Shown in pieces: positions 11,978 to 25,034 of a stretch of DNA of 64,000 bases (positions within the stretch are counted from its first letter, which is position 1; every line of letters begins with the position of its first letter). Under the pieces are notes generated by a model. The model was not told the DNA's origin and ran no database searches. It worked only from the letters and a program-made list of their open reading frames with translations. A program made the translations under genes and the position numbers. The stretch comes from Octopus sinensis (lineage: Eukaryota): NCBI RefSeq assembly GCF_006345805.1, contig NC_043012.1, forward strand, positions 30,318,001 to 30,382,000, written 5' to 3'.

Positions 11978-12313
11978 CATAACAAATAAGCATAAGCATA
12001 ACAAATGCGCAACCGGTAAAAAGAACTTTCACCTAATTAAATTACTTAAATTACTTCAATTATTTGTCAGCATTTTCTTCATTTCCTTTTTTATATATCA
12101 CCACTCGTGTTCGACATCTCATTTTTTTTAAATATATATATATATATAATATATATATATATATATAAGTAGGTGAATGAATTATCCTAGCATGGAAAAT
12201 TCGTTTAACCGATACCTGGGTAGCAAATTCACGTCAGAAAACACGGTTGAAGCGACCTGTCAAGAGTAGAAACTCCGGGTTCTTGTGGGGAAATTTGTGT
12301 GTTTTTTATATGA

Positions 12314-12558
12314 ATAAATGAAAGAATGGAGTCGAACGAAGATGTTAACAAAATTCCTTTACTCTCGACACATGTTTCGAAGACAGCATACTTTTATTCC
12401 GAAGGAATAAAGGGTGCATTATGCAATCTTCTCATCAGGAAAGATAAGGAGCCTCTCTCAGCACCCTTTATTCCTTCGGAATAAAAGTATGGTGTCTTCG
12501 AAACATGTGTCGAGAGTAAAGGAATTTTGTTAACATCTTCGTTCGACTCCATTCTTTC

Positions 12559-12564
<6 letters not shown>
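12314..12564. repeat. Near-perfect inverted repeat, 104-bp arms (12314-12417/12461-12564), 43-nt spacer; probable Penelope pseudo-LTR derivative
   Basis: Arms are reverse complements with one mismatch seen. A partial copy of the same family lies at about 52192-52300. It contains a hammerhead core. Confidence 0.9.
12362..12443 (-). ncRNA. Type I hammerhead ribozyme, core intact, long stem II
   Basis: Minus strand: CTTTC-CTGATGA-GAAGA..(long hairpin)..TCTTC-GAAAC-ATGT-GTC-GAGAG. Stem I CUUUC/GAGAG, stem II closed by G-C, palindromic short stem III, GUC cleavage triplet. Confidence 0.75.
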
Positions 12565-12628
<64 letters not shown>

Positions 12629-14679
12629 ACACAATGAAAAGAAGAAGACAAGGAAAATTCTTCAACACATCTTTAATGATTCGTTACAATTGTTTCCGTA
12701 GCAACACAGGCTTGCATCAATTATTGTGTCGTCTTTCAGACCTTCTTTTTTTTTTGGCTTATATCGGTATATATGCCAAAAGACGTACAATGTTACAGCA
12801 CACGTTTGATGCAAGTCTGATGAAGTGTCTCTCTAATGTCTAAAACTGCAAACATAACGCGAATTTTCACTTCGAATTTTTGCGTAAACTGGCTTTGCAA
12901 ATAGAGTTGGAACGGGAACAATTCTAACGAAGAATTTTCTGTTTTCTTCTTGTCATTGGATTATTTACTCTTCACCAAACCCATTTTACAGTATAATTGT
13001 CGGAAACCTTGGATTTTCTACACCTGAGAAATTCCGGCTTTGGCCTCGAACCCGACAGTTGTTGATGACTCAGTATTCGATTGCTGTTTTTTTTGGAAAT
13101 ACCTTAACTTCAAACACTATCTATGTAACCACATGTGGATCGTTGGCGATTTTTTCCCTTTGTCTTTCTTTTCTCTTGAACTTTCCTCTGTCTCCTATTT
13201 CCAAAGAAGAGCTTTGCTCGAAACGTTAAACCATCTTTCTGTCCTTCCTTGAGCGTCTGCTAATACTTTGCATGTACCACGTCCTCGCGTTGTTGTTTCT
13301 TATTGATGTGTTTTTTCCTGTTTTTTTTTTTGTTGGATTAACTATATATATATAAACAATTGCGGCGTGGAAGGTGTTTATAAACCATTTAAAACACACA
13401 AAAAACCGTTAGTTTCACTTCAACATTTAAATTCAATTTGCCAAAATATTTTCGTTGCTTTGAGACCGCGACAAAATTCCGTGCAGCATTTGAGAAAGTA
13501 ACAGTTAGTTTATGATATATATGTACGTACTTACGTACGTACGTATGTATGTATGTATGTATGTATGTATGTATGTATGTATGTATGTATGTATGTATGT
13601 ATGTATGTATGTATGTATGTATGTATGCACTATGTATGTATGTACGTACGTATGTATGTGTACATGTAAGTATGTGCGGATGCATGCTTATACGCATGTA
13701 TGTATGTACGTAGGTACCTATGTATGTGTGTGAGTATTTAGGTATGTAATTGTGTAGACGTGTCTGTGTGTGTACATGTGTATGTATATGTTAACGTATG
13801 TTCACATGTACGTTCTGTACTGATATGTGTGTCTGTTCAAGTTGTATACATGACTGTTACTCTGTCGAGGGTTGTACACACACACACACACACACACATA
13901 CACATACACACATACACACACACAGGGTCAACAGATGAGATCCAGAGATTCTTATTATAGAAGAGACTTAGTTGTGCTCAAATGATTCCAACTTAGATTC
14001 CGATGTCTTCACAGGGGATCAATTCCAGGGGGGAAGGAACGGCTATACGAGGGGCCAAGTTGAGTAGATATAGAGGCAATTGGATGGGCAGATACATAGA
14101 TAGCTAGACGGATAGTCACATCCTGAAGTTAGAGAGCGACATGTTAAGCACACAAAATAAAGTATTCAATGAAAACGTTTTATTAAAACAATGTCCAACA
14201 AAAGATGTCTTGATACCTTTTGTAACATAACCACATACACACACAAGCATATAGACACGCACACACACACCACACACGCATATGTATGTGTGTGTGAGTG
14301 TGTGAGCATCTTTATATCTGTGTGTATTTAGTGTATTACGTATTTATTGTATTGTCATGCTATGGCCAAGAACACTGTTCCTATCGTTCCTCGTCAAATT
14401 TTGCGAGGAATTGTCTATAGTATGAATGTATTATTTATCAATGTTGTTTCATATTGTGTGATCCAGTGAGGTGGAATGATTTCGTGTTATAAATACATAA
14501 CGAGCCGACAGCAGAGTGTCGTACCTGTATGGTCAATGTAATAGTTGGCGTCGTGAAGTTCACAACTTCTTTACAATCTGTAAATGGCATTGTTCGTTAC
14601 TTACTTGCTTGTTGATTTAATCGCTGGTTTATAAATGGTGGGGAAAAAAATTTCGCAGACGGGACGTCAGTTCATCACT

Positions 14680-14822
14680 GTATTACTCATTTTTACCAGC
14701 TGATTGGGCTGGGGCAATGTGAAATGAAGGGTTTTGTTCAAGAATACAAACGCATGGCCCGGTCCCGGAATCGAGGCCACAATGTTACGATCACTCTAAC
14801 CACTTAGCCACGGGACTCCACC
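14680..14822 (-). mobile_element. Degenerate tRNA-derived SINE
   Basis: Reverse complement begins ggagtcccgtggctaagtggttagag...cctcgattccgggaccggg (A/B-box-like), followed by a cttgaacaaaac...cattgccccag body. Confidence 0.6.
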
Positions 14823-15464
14823 AATGAATAAGTAATGCAATGTGATAAATACTCTTTTAAGTATTTCTTACTGAAGAGATTCAATTCAGTTTTCTTTAAT
14901 ATTAAAGAAATTTTTCTATTTCTCGTTTTTCCTTTTCATTTTATTGTGTTTGTATTCACAGTCTTTCTAGTTCCGTTTTAATAGTAGCCAAAGCTTCCTC
15001 AGGCCACACATTACACCGCACGTGATCAAGTAGTTCTAAAAATACCAAAAGAAGGAAGGCGTGGTCATGCTTGGTTAGAAATGTGTTTGATCTTTCATCA
15101 TTGGTCTATTATATGGTCAAAGTAAAACTGAAGAGAAACAACGACGACAACAGCAAGAACAACAATGGAAGCAATAAAAACCATCAACAAACCCCAAACG
15201 CAATAAAAAAAAAATTGAAAGTTCCATGTTGATCGAAGAAACCCAAAACACAAAGAGACAAACAATGGCCATTTGTGTTTCCTAAAAACACTTCTCAAAT
15301 TCTTCCATTTCGTTTATCACCTGACCACATCTAATGCTTGCCTTGTTTATTTGGAAACAACACATTCGCAGATATCTGAAAGTCACGACTTCAAGACTCG
15401 CTTCCACTGGCGAAATTCACCAACCTCTTCTCCTACCCCATCACACAATCACATACATTCCCCC

Positions 15465-15613
15465 CTGTTGTTGTTGTTGTTGTTGTGTTGTTGTTGTTGT
15501 TCTTCTTCTTCTTCTTCTTCTTCTTCTTCTTCTTCTTCTTCTCTTCTTCTTCTTCTTCTTCTTCTTCTTTTACCACCACTACCACTACCATTACAACAAC
15601 AACAACAACAACA

Positions 15614-15654
<41 letters not shown>

Positions 15655-15673
15655 CACTACTACTACCACCACC

Positions 15674-15709
<36 letters not shown>

Positions 15710-15710
15710 G
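15465..15710. repeat. Compound trinucleotide microsatellite (GTT/CTT/CAA/TAC/CAC)
   Basis: Directly visible; overlapping poly-amino-acid ORFs are artefacts. Confidence 0.95.
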
Positions 15711-16644
15711 TGAAACTGCTTTGCAAATACTTATTTGGGTAAAAATTCATCAAAACACACACACATTGTCATACAGGTACACATACGCATGCGCGCGCAT
15801 ATATACATATTTATGTGTGTGTTGTGTATGTGTATTTGTATGTGTGTTTGTGTATGTGCGTGTGTGCGTGTCTGTATGTGTGTGTGTCTGTCTCTTTTCT
15901 CCCCCCTTACAAACACACATGTATGCATGTATGTTTTTATGCATGTATGTGCGTATGTATGCAAGTAAGTATGTATGTATGTATGTATGTATGTATGTAT
16001 GTATGTATGTATGTAGTATGTATGTATGTACGTGCGTATGTTTGCAGGTATATGCAGTTTCTTTAATAAACAGAAGCGGAGAGATAAACATCATTTTCAA
16101 CAAAGAAGCCGTGACATCTTTTGCTAAAATAACAAATAAAATATAATAAAATAAACGAAATAACGAGGGAAGCAAGGAAAGAAAGGAACAGGGAAAATAG
16201 AAATAACAGAATATATAAAAGAAACAACACGAAATAAACAAAAAATGGACAAAACCTAAAACAAATTGAAAACAACAAAAATAAAATGTCCGAAAACTAT
16301 GCATCCATGTTAGAAGCTTTATTCGCTCTTCTAACTGGAGGTAGAAAAACACAAGAAAGTGGCGTAGAGTGAAAGTGTGAAAATGGATGATACAACCAGA
16401 ACAAAACCAAGAGGAATAACAACAGCAACAACAACAAGAAACAATAACAAAATTTGGTCGATGCTGGGGTCAAAAGATGGCGAAGTGATGATTACTTGGG
16501 GAATAATGAGTGTCAAATTTCTGTGTTAGATGTCATCTAAACAATATTATTTAAATTTTAGAGGAGAGGAAAATAACCAAGCGCTTCGCTGAGCAAAGGG
16601 TAGCAAAACAAATACGTTAAAGAAGATATGTAAAATTATATAAA

Positions 16645-16682
<38 letters not shown>

Positions 16683-16732
16683 TCAACGCCAGTGTGTCAA
16701 TAGGATTCACTCGATACACACGTACACACACA

Positions 16733-16774
<42 letters not shown>

Positions 16775-17131
16775 ACACACACATACATACACACAAACAT
16801 ACACATATACACACACACGCACACTGAATTTTGTCATTCGTTAGAAAATAAAGGCCGTAACTCGACAAAGAAACCCTATAAAAGCTATCACTTCACAGAA
16901 ATAAAAAGAACTTCGAGGGAGAGAGAGGGAGAGAGAAAGAGAAAGATAGAGAGATAGACAGAAATAGATGGAGAGAGAGCGGCAGAGACAGATAGGGACC
17001 AATTCACACACACACACACACACAAGAAAAAAGACTTCACTAGACAATCTAAAAGACTACTGCTCACAAAGGTTTCACTCTACATAAAAATTCGTCAGTC
17101 TTCTGAGAAAAAAGGGCGTAATTCGGTAGAC

Positions 17132-17170
<39 letters not shown>

Positions 17171-17172
<2 letters not shown>

Positions 17173-17345
17173 AATGGAGGGAGAGAATGAAAGAGAGAGA
17201 GAGAGAAATGGAGGGAGAGAGTGAAAGAGAGAGAGAGAGAAATGGAGGGCGAGAGTGAAAGAGAGAGAGAGAGAGAAATGGAGTGAGAGAGTGAAAGAGA
17301 GAGAGAGAGAAATGGAGGGAGGGAGTGAAAGAGAGAGAGAGACAG
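17171..17345. repeat. About 34-bp purine-rich minisatellite, 5 units
   Basis: Unit gaaatggagggagagagtgaaagagagagagaga repeated with point variants. Confidence 0.85.
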
Positions 17346-18557
17346 AGCTAGAAAAAGAGATAGATAGGAAAGGAGAGAGGAGAGAGAGAAAAAGAGGGAG
17401 AGAGGAGAGAGAGAAAGAGAGGGAGTAAATGAAAGAGAGAGAGAGATAGAGACAGAGATAGATAAATGGGGATATAGAGGGAGAGATGGAGAGAGAAAGA
17501 GGGAGAGAGAGAAGGGACCACTTTACATCCAAAACAAAAGGCCTTCACTCGGCAATGTGAAAATACTCAGTTCGCTCACAAAAACTTTTAACTCTACCAA
17601 AGAAGAAAAGAAGGAACTTCATTTCGCACACACACCCTTCCATTGCTCGCTCCCCACCAAGAAGGTCCCCCCCCCAAACCCTTTCCCATCCAGTTTCCTC
17701 CTCCGTTTGACCCTTTCACCGAGAGAAGTTTCGTGAGCGGACAGAATAAACAATTGTATTGATCTGAGGGTCCAGCGGGGAAGGGCATGGGGAGGGGGGT
17801 CTCTTCATCGTGGTTGGGGGGGGTTAGTGATGGTGGAGTGATGGGGAAAGAGCTAGAACAGAGTTGGCGGTGGGAGGGGGAAGCAAATGTTATGTCAATA
17901 ATAGGTGTGACCCCCCCTCCACACATGTTTAAGGGGTATTTGGAGGGTGGGGAAGGATGTTGGCCGGGTCCATTAACGTTCTTTATAAAGGTATTTTTTC
18001 CGTATTTGATGATGATAATGATGATGATAATGGTGGTGGTGGTGGTGGTGATGGTGGTAATGGAGAGAACACATGTTGTAGTTGTGGTGATGGTGGTGAT
18101 AGTGACGATGGTAGCGATGAGGGCTACTTTGGTGGTGGTAGTGTTGTTGGTGGTTGTGGTGATGATGATGGTGGTGGTTGTGTTGGTTGTGGTGATGATG
18201 GTGGTGACGACCTTTATAATGCTTCGGTTTACACTCGTAATGGTGGTGGTAGCGACTGTGATGGTTGTAGTGGTGTTGTTGTTGTTGGTGGTGGTGGATA
18301 TTTTAATCTGATTAGAGACGAGTTGTTTATTTTTGAGAATCAAGTGTAAATAAAGAGATTGCTGTTTATGAGTTCTATTTCTTATTTGGTCGTCGGTTAA
18401 GCTTTTCAAACAGAAATTCTCTGAAATATTTGGACAAATCCCAACAGTTTTTAATTGATTTTAGTAAAATTAGTTTTAAGAATAAAGAATTAAATTTTCT
18501 TTTCTCTCTGCTCAAATCACTTGCCAGGCCAATGCATCTCCCATACTTATATCTACA

Positions 18558-18611
<54 letters not shown>

Positions 18612-19074
18612 ATTCACCGTGTAGCATGCATATGATATATATAACTGGATTTTGTTGGTTTTTTTCACGTTTGATAAAAAGCTTTACAGAGAAAATACGG
18701 TTTTAGAACACAAGTTGTTCAAATGATTGGGGAGGTTTTTGTAGAATTCGCATGTCTTCATGTCCAATTGGTCGAGTGGAATGGCAGATTTAGTGCTCCA
18801 GCAAGAACTGGAATAACTTTCACTATTATTGCTGGTTCACCCACCGGCACACACACATTTTCATAATTCTACGTCAAAATCTAGATATTTCCAGATCTTT
18901 TCTACATCTTTGTCTACGAGAATTGCCCCTTTTATTATGAGGCATTCTCTTTTTCATATCTGGTCCCTCATGGTCAACTCTTCTGTCTATCTGGATGGGA
19001 AAATAACAAAAGGTAAAATTGCTTCGGAATTCCACATCCTTTCAATTGTTATCTACCCTTTATTTTTTATCAAT

Positions 19075-19400
19075 TTCTCAAATGTTATCAAATGATTATT
19101 TCCGGTTGGAGCTGCAACATCAATCATAACTCAAATCTTTTCAACTTGATTTTTCACAAAGATATCTGGTCGGTTTGTCTGAATATCCTGATCAGTGTGA
19201 ACTCTGAAATTCCCAAAAGTTGGTAATTTCAGTATTCCAGGCAACTTGTGGTGGTTTGTGTGGGAGGTTCTATGTGGGGCATAATGACCAGTCTATGTAC
19301 TGAGATGCTCTCCTTTGCCTTTGCAAGTTCTCTGTTGTTGGTGCCACTCAGGCGCATCCAGAGATTATGAAGTCGATTGTCTCTGGATGTTCTCCATATA
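19075..19400 (-). mobile_element. Decayed R4/Dong-like LINE fragment (zinc knuckle to RLE)
   Basis: GEHPETIDFIISGC...HKPPQVAWNTEITNFW, then after a frameshift RVHTDQDIQTNRPDIFVKNQVEK...MIDVAAPTG. Confidence 0.65.
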
Positions 19401-19403
19401 TGC

Positions 19404-19600
19404 GAAGCAAGCTTCTTACCACACAGCCACAGGTGCAGGCGTGGCTGTGGGGTAAGAATGTTCTTAACCACATGGCTCTGAGTTCAGTTCCACTGTGTGG
19501 CACCTTTGGCAAGTGTCTGCTACAATAGCCGCGGGCCGACCAAAGCCTTGTGAATGGATTTAGTTGACGGAAACGGAAAGAAGCCCGTCGTGTATATATA

Positions 19601-19640
<40 letters not shown>

Positions 19641-19780
19641 TGTGTTTGTCCCCTCACTCACTCTCTTGACAACCGATGCTAGCGTGTTTACGTCCCCGTA
19701 ACTTAGCGGTTTGGCAAAAGAAACCGATAGAATAAGTACTAGGCTTACAAAGAATAAGTCCTGGGGTTGACTTGTTCGAC
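19404..19780 (+). mobile_element. tRNA-derived SINE family A, preceded by an inverted copy of its own head (19404-19430)
   Basis: gtggctgtggggtaag...ggcacctttggcaagtgtct...gacggaaac..aagaagcccgtcg...cttagcggtttggcaaaag...cttacaaagaataagtcc; shared with 32271-32670 and 52345-52750. Confidence 0.85.
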
Positions 19781-20358
19781 TATGAATGTGTAGAGATGTG
19801 TCGGTGTGTATTCATGTGTGTGTGCATGTGTGTGTGGGTATTTATGTGGATGTGTGGGTTTAGGGCTGGATGTGAATGTGTATGTTTTTCTTGTGCGGTG
19901 TGGTGTAGGTCGGGCGGCTCTCAACGGACCAACCATGATGAGGAAAATGATAATTTAAATTCAAATCCAATAGTGTATTTATGTCATAAGGAAAATTACT
20001 AATTCGAACCTGGACATACATATGTGCCACTTCGGATCCTAATGTAAGCGTTATTAATAATATTATCAATGATAATAATGATAGCATTAATGGTATTGAC
20101 AACGATAATGATGCTAACTTTAATGACACTTTGGAAATTAGTAGGAAGTAATATAATGTACTAATGACTATGTATATTTGCATCTAGGTACTAATATGTG
20201 TATGTTTATTATCACAATATTAAGTTGAAGAACTGAAACATTGAATATGGAACGTATATATGTTTACTAATTTATATTATTTATTTACATTATTATGTAT
20301 ATGTATATTTTTATATGTATAGGAGTATGAGTATATGCACTCACATTTGTATATGTAT

Positions 20359-20482
20359 ATCTCCGAGGCCTTATGATATTTTTGTAAATGTCTCATTTAT
20401 ATCTATATATTGACCTACCATAAAAGGCCAATACTGGTAAAATGAGACATACTTATCTACATGGCCGAAACAGCTGTAAGAT
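20359..20482 (+). ncRNA. Degenerate hammerhead-like motif (3-nt deletion in core)
   Basis: ATCT-C[---]CGA-GGCC...GGCC-GAAAC-AGCT-GTA-AGAT. Stems I, II and III close correctly, but the CUGANGA box lacks TGA. Confidence 0.45.
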
Positions 20483-20728
20483 GTAATCTATACTTATATT
20501 TATATTTACTTATATGTATATTCTCTTTTTTATATATATTCTACTTATTATACAACATCACTCTTTTATGTACACTTTTTTGTGTACATTCCTTTATCTA
20601 CACTGATTTGTTCTGCATTTTTATGTTTAACCCTACAGTCTCTTATGTGGTGGTTTAATAAAGTATGTGATTGAGTATTATCTGGTAATTGATATTTGAT
20701 TTAGATGTATTTCTCCATTTTCTTATCT

Positions 20729-20773
<45 letters not shown>

Positions 20774-21473
20774 TATATATAATATATATATATATACATA
20801 CATATATGTATATTATATATGCATACATTCATATGTATGTGTGTGTGTTCATAAAACATTTTTATTTAATTATCTATGTACGCATGAATGGGTATGCATA
20901 CATGTATATACACACATGTATACACACAAATACATTCATGCGTCACTGTATACACACACGAGCAAACGCACGACTACGCATAATTATAAATATATTTGCG
21001 TGCATGTGTGTTGTATACACATATTTACATGTGTGTGTATGTGTGTGTGTTTCAGTATGTGTGCGTGTGTATGTTTGAGTATTTTCATATTGTATATATA
21101 TTTTATTAATACATAGGTATACATACATATACATACATATACATTTATATATATATATATATATATATACACGCACAAAATACACACATACACACGTATG
21201 TATATGATTTATGTGATAAAAAATGTCACTTCCATATCAGTTGATTTAATATCAGAAGTGTCAGTCTAATAAGGGCTTGAAAGAGAGAGGGAGAGAGAAA
21301 GCGAGGAAGAGAAAGAAAGCGATGGAGAGATAGAGAGAGTGAGAGAGTGAGAGGGATAGAGACAGAAAGGAAGAGAATACGAAAGTAGAAATCTACAATA
21401 CATAAAAATGTCTCCGGCTCTGACACAGCTGAAGATTATAACAATAATGGATAAACAGATAGAGATAGGTAGG

Positions 21474-21510
<37 letters not shown>

Positions 21511-21519
21511 GATAGATAG

Positions 21520-21552
<33 letters not shown>

Positions 21553-22025
21553 AAGAGAGAGAGAGAGCTAGATAGAGATAGATAGAAAGAGGTAGACAGA
21601 TGGACAGATGGACAGATGGATAGGTAAGGTAGCAGCACTTAAGAGTTGACTTGTTGACTTGTTAAAAGATGGCAGTTGGACGGCGGGGATTGCGTACATT
21701 TCAATCCAGATTAATTCACTTTAGTTTATTGCGGTTGCTGTAGTTGTTGTTGTTCTTGGTGGTTTTGTATACAGCAGGTGGGGGTCGTTTGTAGTTGTAT
21801 CTGTATCGACCACACAATATATATGACATTTAAACTGAATTTTCTTTTTATTCCTGCATTTCGAGTTTCCCGCCACTGCGATCATCAGGCGTAAATCTCG
21901 CTACAGCCTGTATTGGGCGCTATCTTTCTCTGTCATTTACAATACAGAACATCTGAAAATGCGTGTGTGCGTGTGTGTGTATGTGTGTTTGTGTTTGTGT
22001 GTGGGGGGTGTATGGTTGCGCGTGT

Positions 22026-22073
<48 letters not shown>

Positions 22074-22115
22074 GAAACAGGTTTCAAAGAAAAAAGACTA
22101 CACGTCGTATAAATG

Positions 22116-22486
22116 GGGAAAAGTAAAAAAAAAAACAAAGAAAATGCACAATATGTATAAAAGTGATGGCGTTTTTAAAAACTAAAACCAAAGATATATG
22201 CATACAAATAAATAATTTGAGGTGGAATTAAAAGTATGGAAATCATTATTATGAGTCAATATAAAAAGTCATACCGGTTTCGTCATCGCTGTTCACTGTG
22301 AACAGCAATGACGAAACCGGTATGACTTTCTTGATTTTCTGTATTGACTCATAATAATGATTTCTATACCTCTTAGTTCCGCCTCAAATTATTTATTTGT
22401 ATGCATATGTCTTTGGTTTTAGTTTTTAAAAACGCCATCACTTTTATACCTATTGTGCATTTTCTTTGTCTCTTTTTACTTTTCCC
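22116..22486. repeat. About 370-bp fold-back palindrome with a 1-nt loop at 22297
   Basis: ...aagtcataccggtttcgtcatcgctgttcac|t|gtgaacagcaatgacgaaaccggtatgactt...; the arms extend about 180 bp each with roughly 90% identity. Confidence 0.9.
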
Positions 22487-22529
22487 TTGTATATATATGT
22501 ATATATATATATATATAATATATATATAT

Positions 22530-22580
<51 letters not shown>

Positions 22581-22670
22581 ATAATGATAATAATAATAAT
22601 ATAATATATATATATATACATATATGCACACATACATATATATATATATATATACATGCATACAAACACA

Positions 22671-22723
<53 letters not shown>

Positions 22724-23071
22724 GAAATATTTGAGATTCAATTGAATTTGGTATTTAAGTTGAAGCACCAACTCAATTTTCCGTACAACTCTAAGTAAAG
22801 TGAATAATATCAAAATAAGCAACAGGATATGAAGTAGTGATGCAGTATGACCGTTCCATTTAATTGAATAATGCAATCGTTACATCAATTTAAATGCAGT
22901 GCCATCTTCAGCTGCACAAATAAATAAATGGAATTTTAACCAGTCGGACACATTAATATAATTTTTCTCAAATATTTTAATAGAGCAAGAAGATGGAAGA
23001 AATTCATTAAATGATACTACAGGTGAAGGAAGTAAAAATAATAACAGCAATAATAAAAATAACACATTATA

Positions 23072-23130
<59 letters not shown>

Positions 23131-23224
23131 ATAATAATAATAATGATAATAATAATAATAATATCAATGGTAGGAATACCAATAATATTAATAGTAGTAA
23201 TCCTCCTGGTTGCAATTGTAGAGT

Positions 23225-23700
23225 AAAATCCCACTGTCTGTTTTAGGCCGATGTCTTATCCAAAACGTAATTTATAAATGTAAAATACATAACTGAGGCT
23301 GGTAACTTTATATATATAGGATGTTCGATAAATATAAAAAACGTATTAATAACCATTTTTCATTTTTTAGACTCAAACATAAAGCCAATTGTACGTCCTT
23401 ATCTAGAAAGATTTGGGAACTGAAGGAAAGCGGGATTGAATTTAGCCTTAAATGGGATATAATACGGAGAGCGCAAGCCTTATAGAGATAGTCGATACAG
23501 GTGTGAACTGTGCTCTATACTCTTTTTACTCTTTTACTTGTTTCAGTCATTTGACTGCGGCCATGCTGGAGCACCGCCTTTATGGGAACTTATGACATTT
23601 TTAAGTTTAGGGACAAGAACAACCTGATTAATAATAAATTAGACCTAAGGGTATCATGCTTACATAGCACCACCCGTGCGTTTAAGTATTTTCGGAACTA
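23225..23700 (+). pseudogene. Penelope-type GIY-YIG endonuclease remnant, interrupted by a SINE fragment
   Basis: LGRCLIQNVIYKCKI / YIGCSINIK / KRINNHFSFF...CTSLSRKIWELKESGIEFSLKWDIIRRAQ / YRCELC ... KFRDKNNLINNKLDLRVSCLH, across frameshifts. Confidence 0.7.
23519..23583 (-). mobile_element. 3' end of SINE family A
   Basis: ctcttttacttgtttcagtcatttgactgcggccatgctggagcaccgccttta is the reverse complement of the family-A tail seen at 33270-33330. Confidence 0.85.
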
Positions 23701-24948
23701 ATGATTATAGGTGCCATACTTGAACTTTGACGGTGGGAATTAATTTTGGCATCGGATCCGTTGTAAACTTACCCTCTAGTATTAAATATAATAAAACCAT
23801 GGGATATTATGTGGTGAATTAATTTACATTGTATATGTTATAAGCTATGTGTTATGGTATGTGGTGTGCTATATATAATTACTATCCCATGGTAACTCCT
23901 ACCAAGTTAGTCTGACTTCCTTCTATTTTGGTGATTACACTGTTTCCTACCCTACTGATCTTATGTATATTTGTAGTGACTTTATAGACCTAAGCCTACT
24001 CTCGACTAAATTATATACCCCCTAGAAACTATAAAATCATACATACAAAGCACCTGTAACATTACAGCTTATAAAATCTCATCGGTCTGAATACCTTTAA
24101 CTGCCCTCACTACATCCATACCTATTGCCCCTCTTTTCGGGTTACCTTTATCTCTTCCCTACCTCAGATTTTAATCCCCTGACTCTTTAAATGCCGGTTA
24201 TATGTATTTCTTATTATTTTATATAAATTCTTATTTTGTTTTCTTATCTTGATATCTGTACCTATTAACCTCTTATCTCTTATAAATTGTCATTTTTCTT
24301 GTTCTTAAATTGATATTTTTCAGTTACTTAAGTCTATGCAAGATGATTATACTATATCCATATAAACGTATAAATATTTATGTATGTGTCTGTGTGCGCC
24401 TGTGCACATATACAAATATGGGTGTATCTGTACACATCTTTATTTTTTCTGATTCATGGCATAAAATTAATATATAGATAGCATGTTTATCTTCCCAGTT
24501 ATTCCATAAATGAATTCCCTGAGCAATCTTTATAGAAACCACTTAATAAATAATTAATTAAGTACACGAATGAATATTAACTTGATTCTATGTAATCTTT
24601 CCTTTTTAATGTTTATAATTGATATATACGCACATTTTACCTATTCTGGTTATGATATCACTTTTGAAAATCTTAAATTTTATTTTCTAAACAACATAAC
24701 AATATTGTTTATAAACAATCACCCATAGTGAATTTCCTCTGTATTAACATCTTAGATAAATAAATTAGAAATGAATTACAATCCTTTACAAGCTATGACC
24801 CCAATGGGCTTCATGCGATTCTTGGAAGTGTAGTCTATTCTTAGCTACAATAGCGACAACATGAATTTCTTCCATCTTCTTGCTCTGTTAAAATATTTGA
24901 GAAAAATATTTATGTGTCCTACTTGTTAAAATTCTATTTATTTATTCG

Positions 24949-25034
24949 TGCAGCTGAAGATGGCACTGCATTTGAATTGTTCTAATGATTGCATTGTTCA
25001 ATTAAATGGAGCCACTTGAAACAGTCGTACTGCA
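24949..25034 (+). ncRNA. Hammerhead ribozyme variant in pseudo-LTR
   Basis: TGCAG-CTGAAGA-TGGC..(catttgaattg/caattaaatg)..GCCA-ctt-GAAAC-AGTC-GTA-CTGCA. Stem I is perfect; there is a 3-nt insertion before GAAA. The inverted copy near 22825-22915 has lost GAAA. Confidence 0.55.

Noticed and set aside
12690-12830. Imperfect hairpin with CTGATGA on plus and GAAACAATTGTA on minus
   Set aside because: The two half-cores are on opposite strands, so no ribozyme can form; possibly a rearranged pLTR relic.
13195-13235. gagc-ttt-gctc-gaaac-gtt hairpin
   Set aside because: Upstream box reads ccaaagaa rather than CUGANGA; too degenerate to call.
14045-14065. tacgagggg start resembling the mariner TIR (also tacgagggttcaataa near 39205)
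   Set aside because: Short match, no partner TIR or transposase nearby.
21855-21900. Minus-strand CTGATGA-TCGC-agtg-GCGG-GAAAC
   Set aside because: No NUH triplet or stem I pairing after GAAAC.
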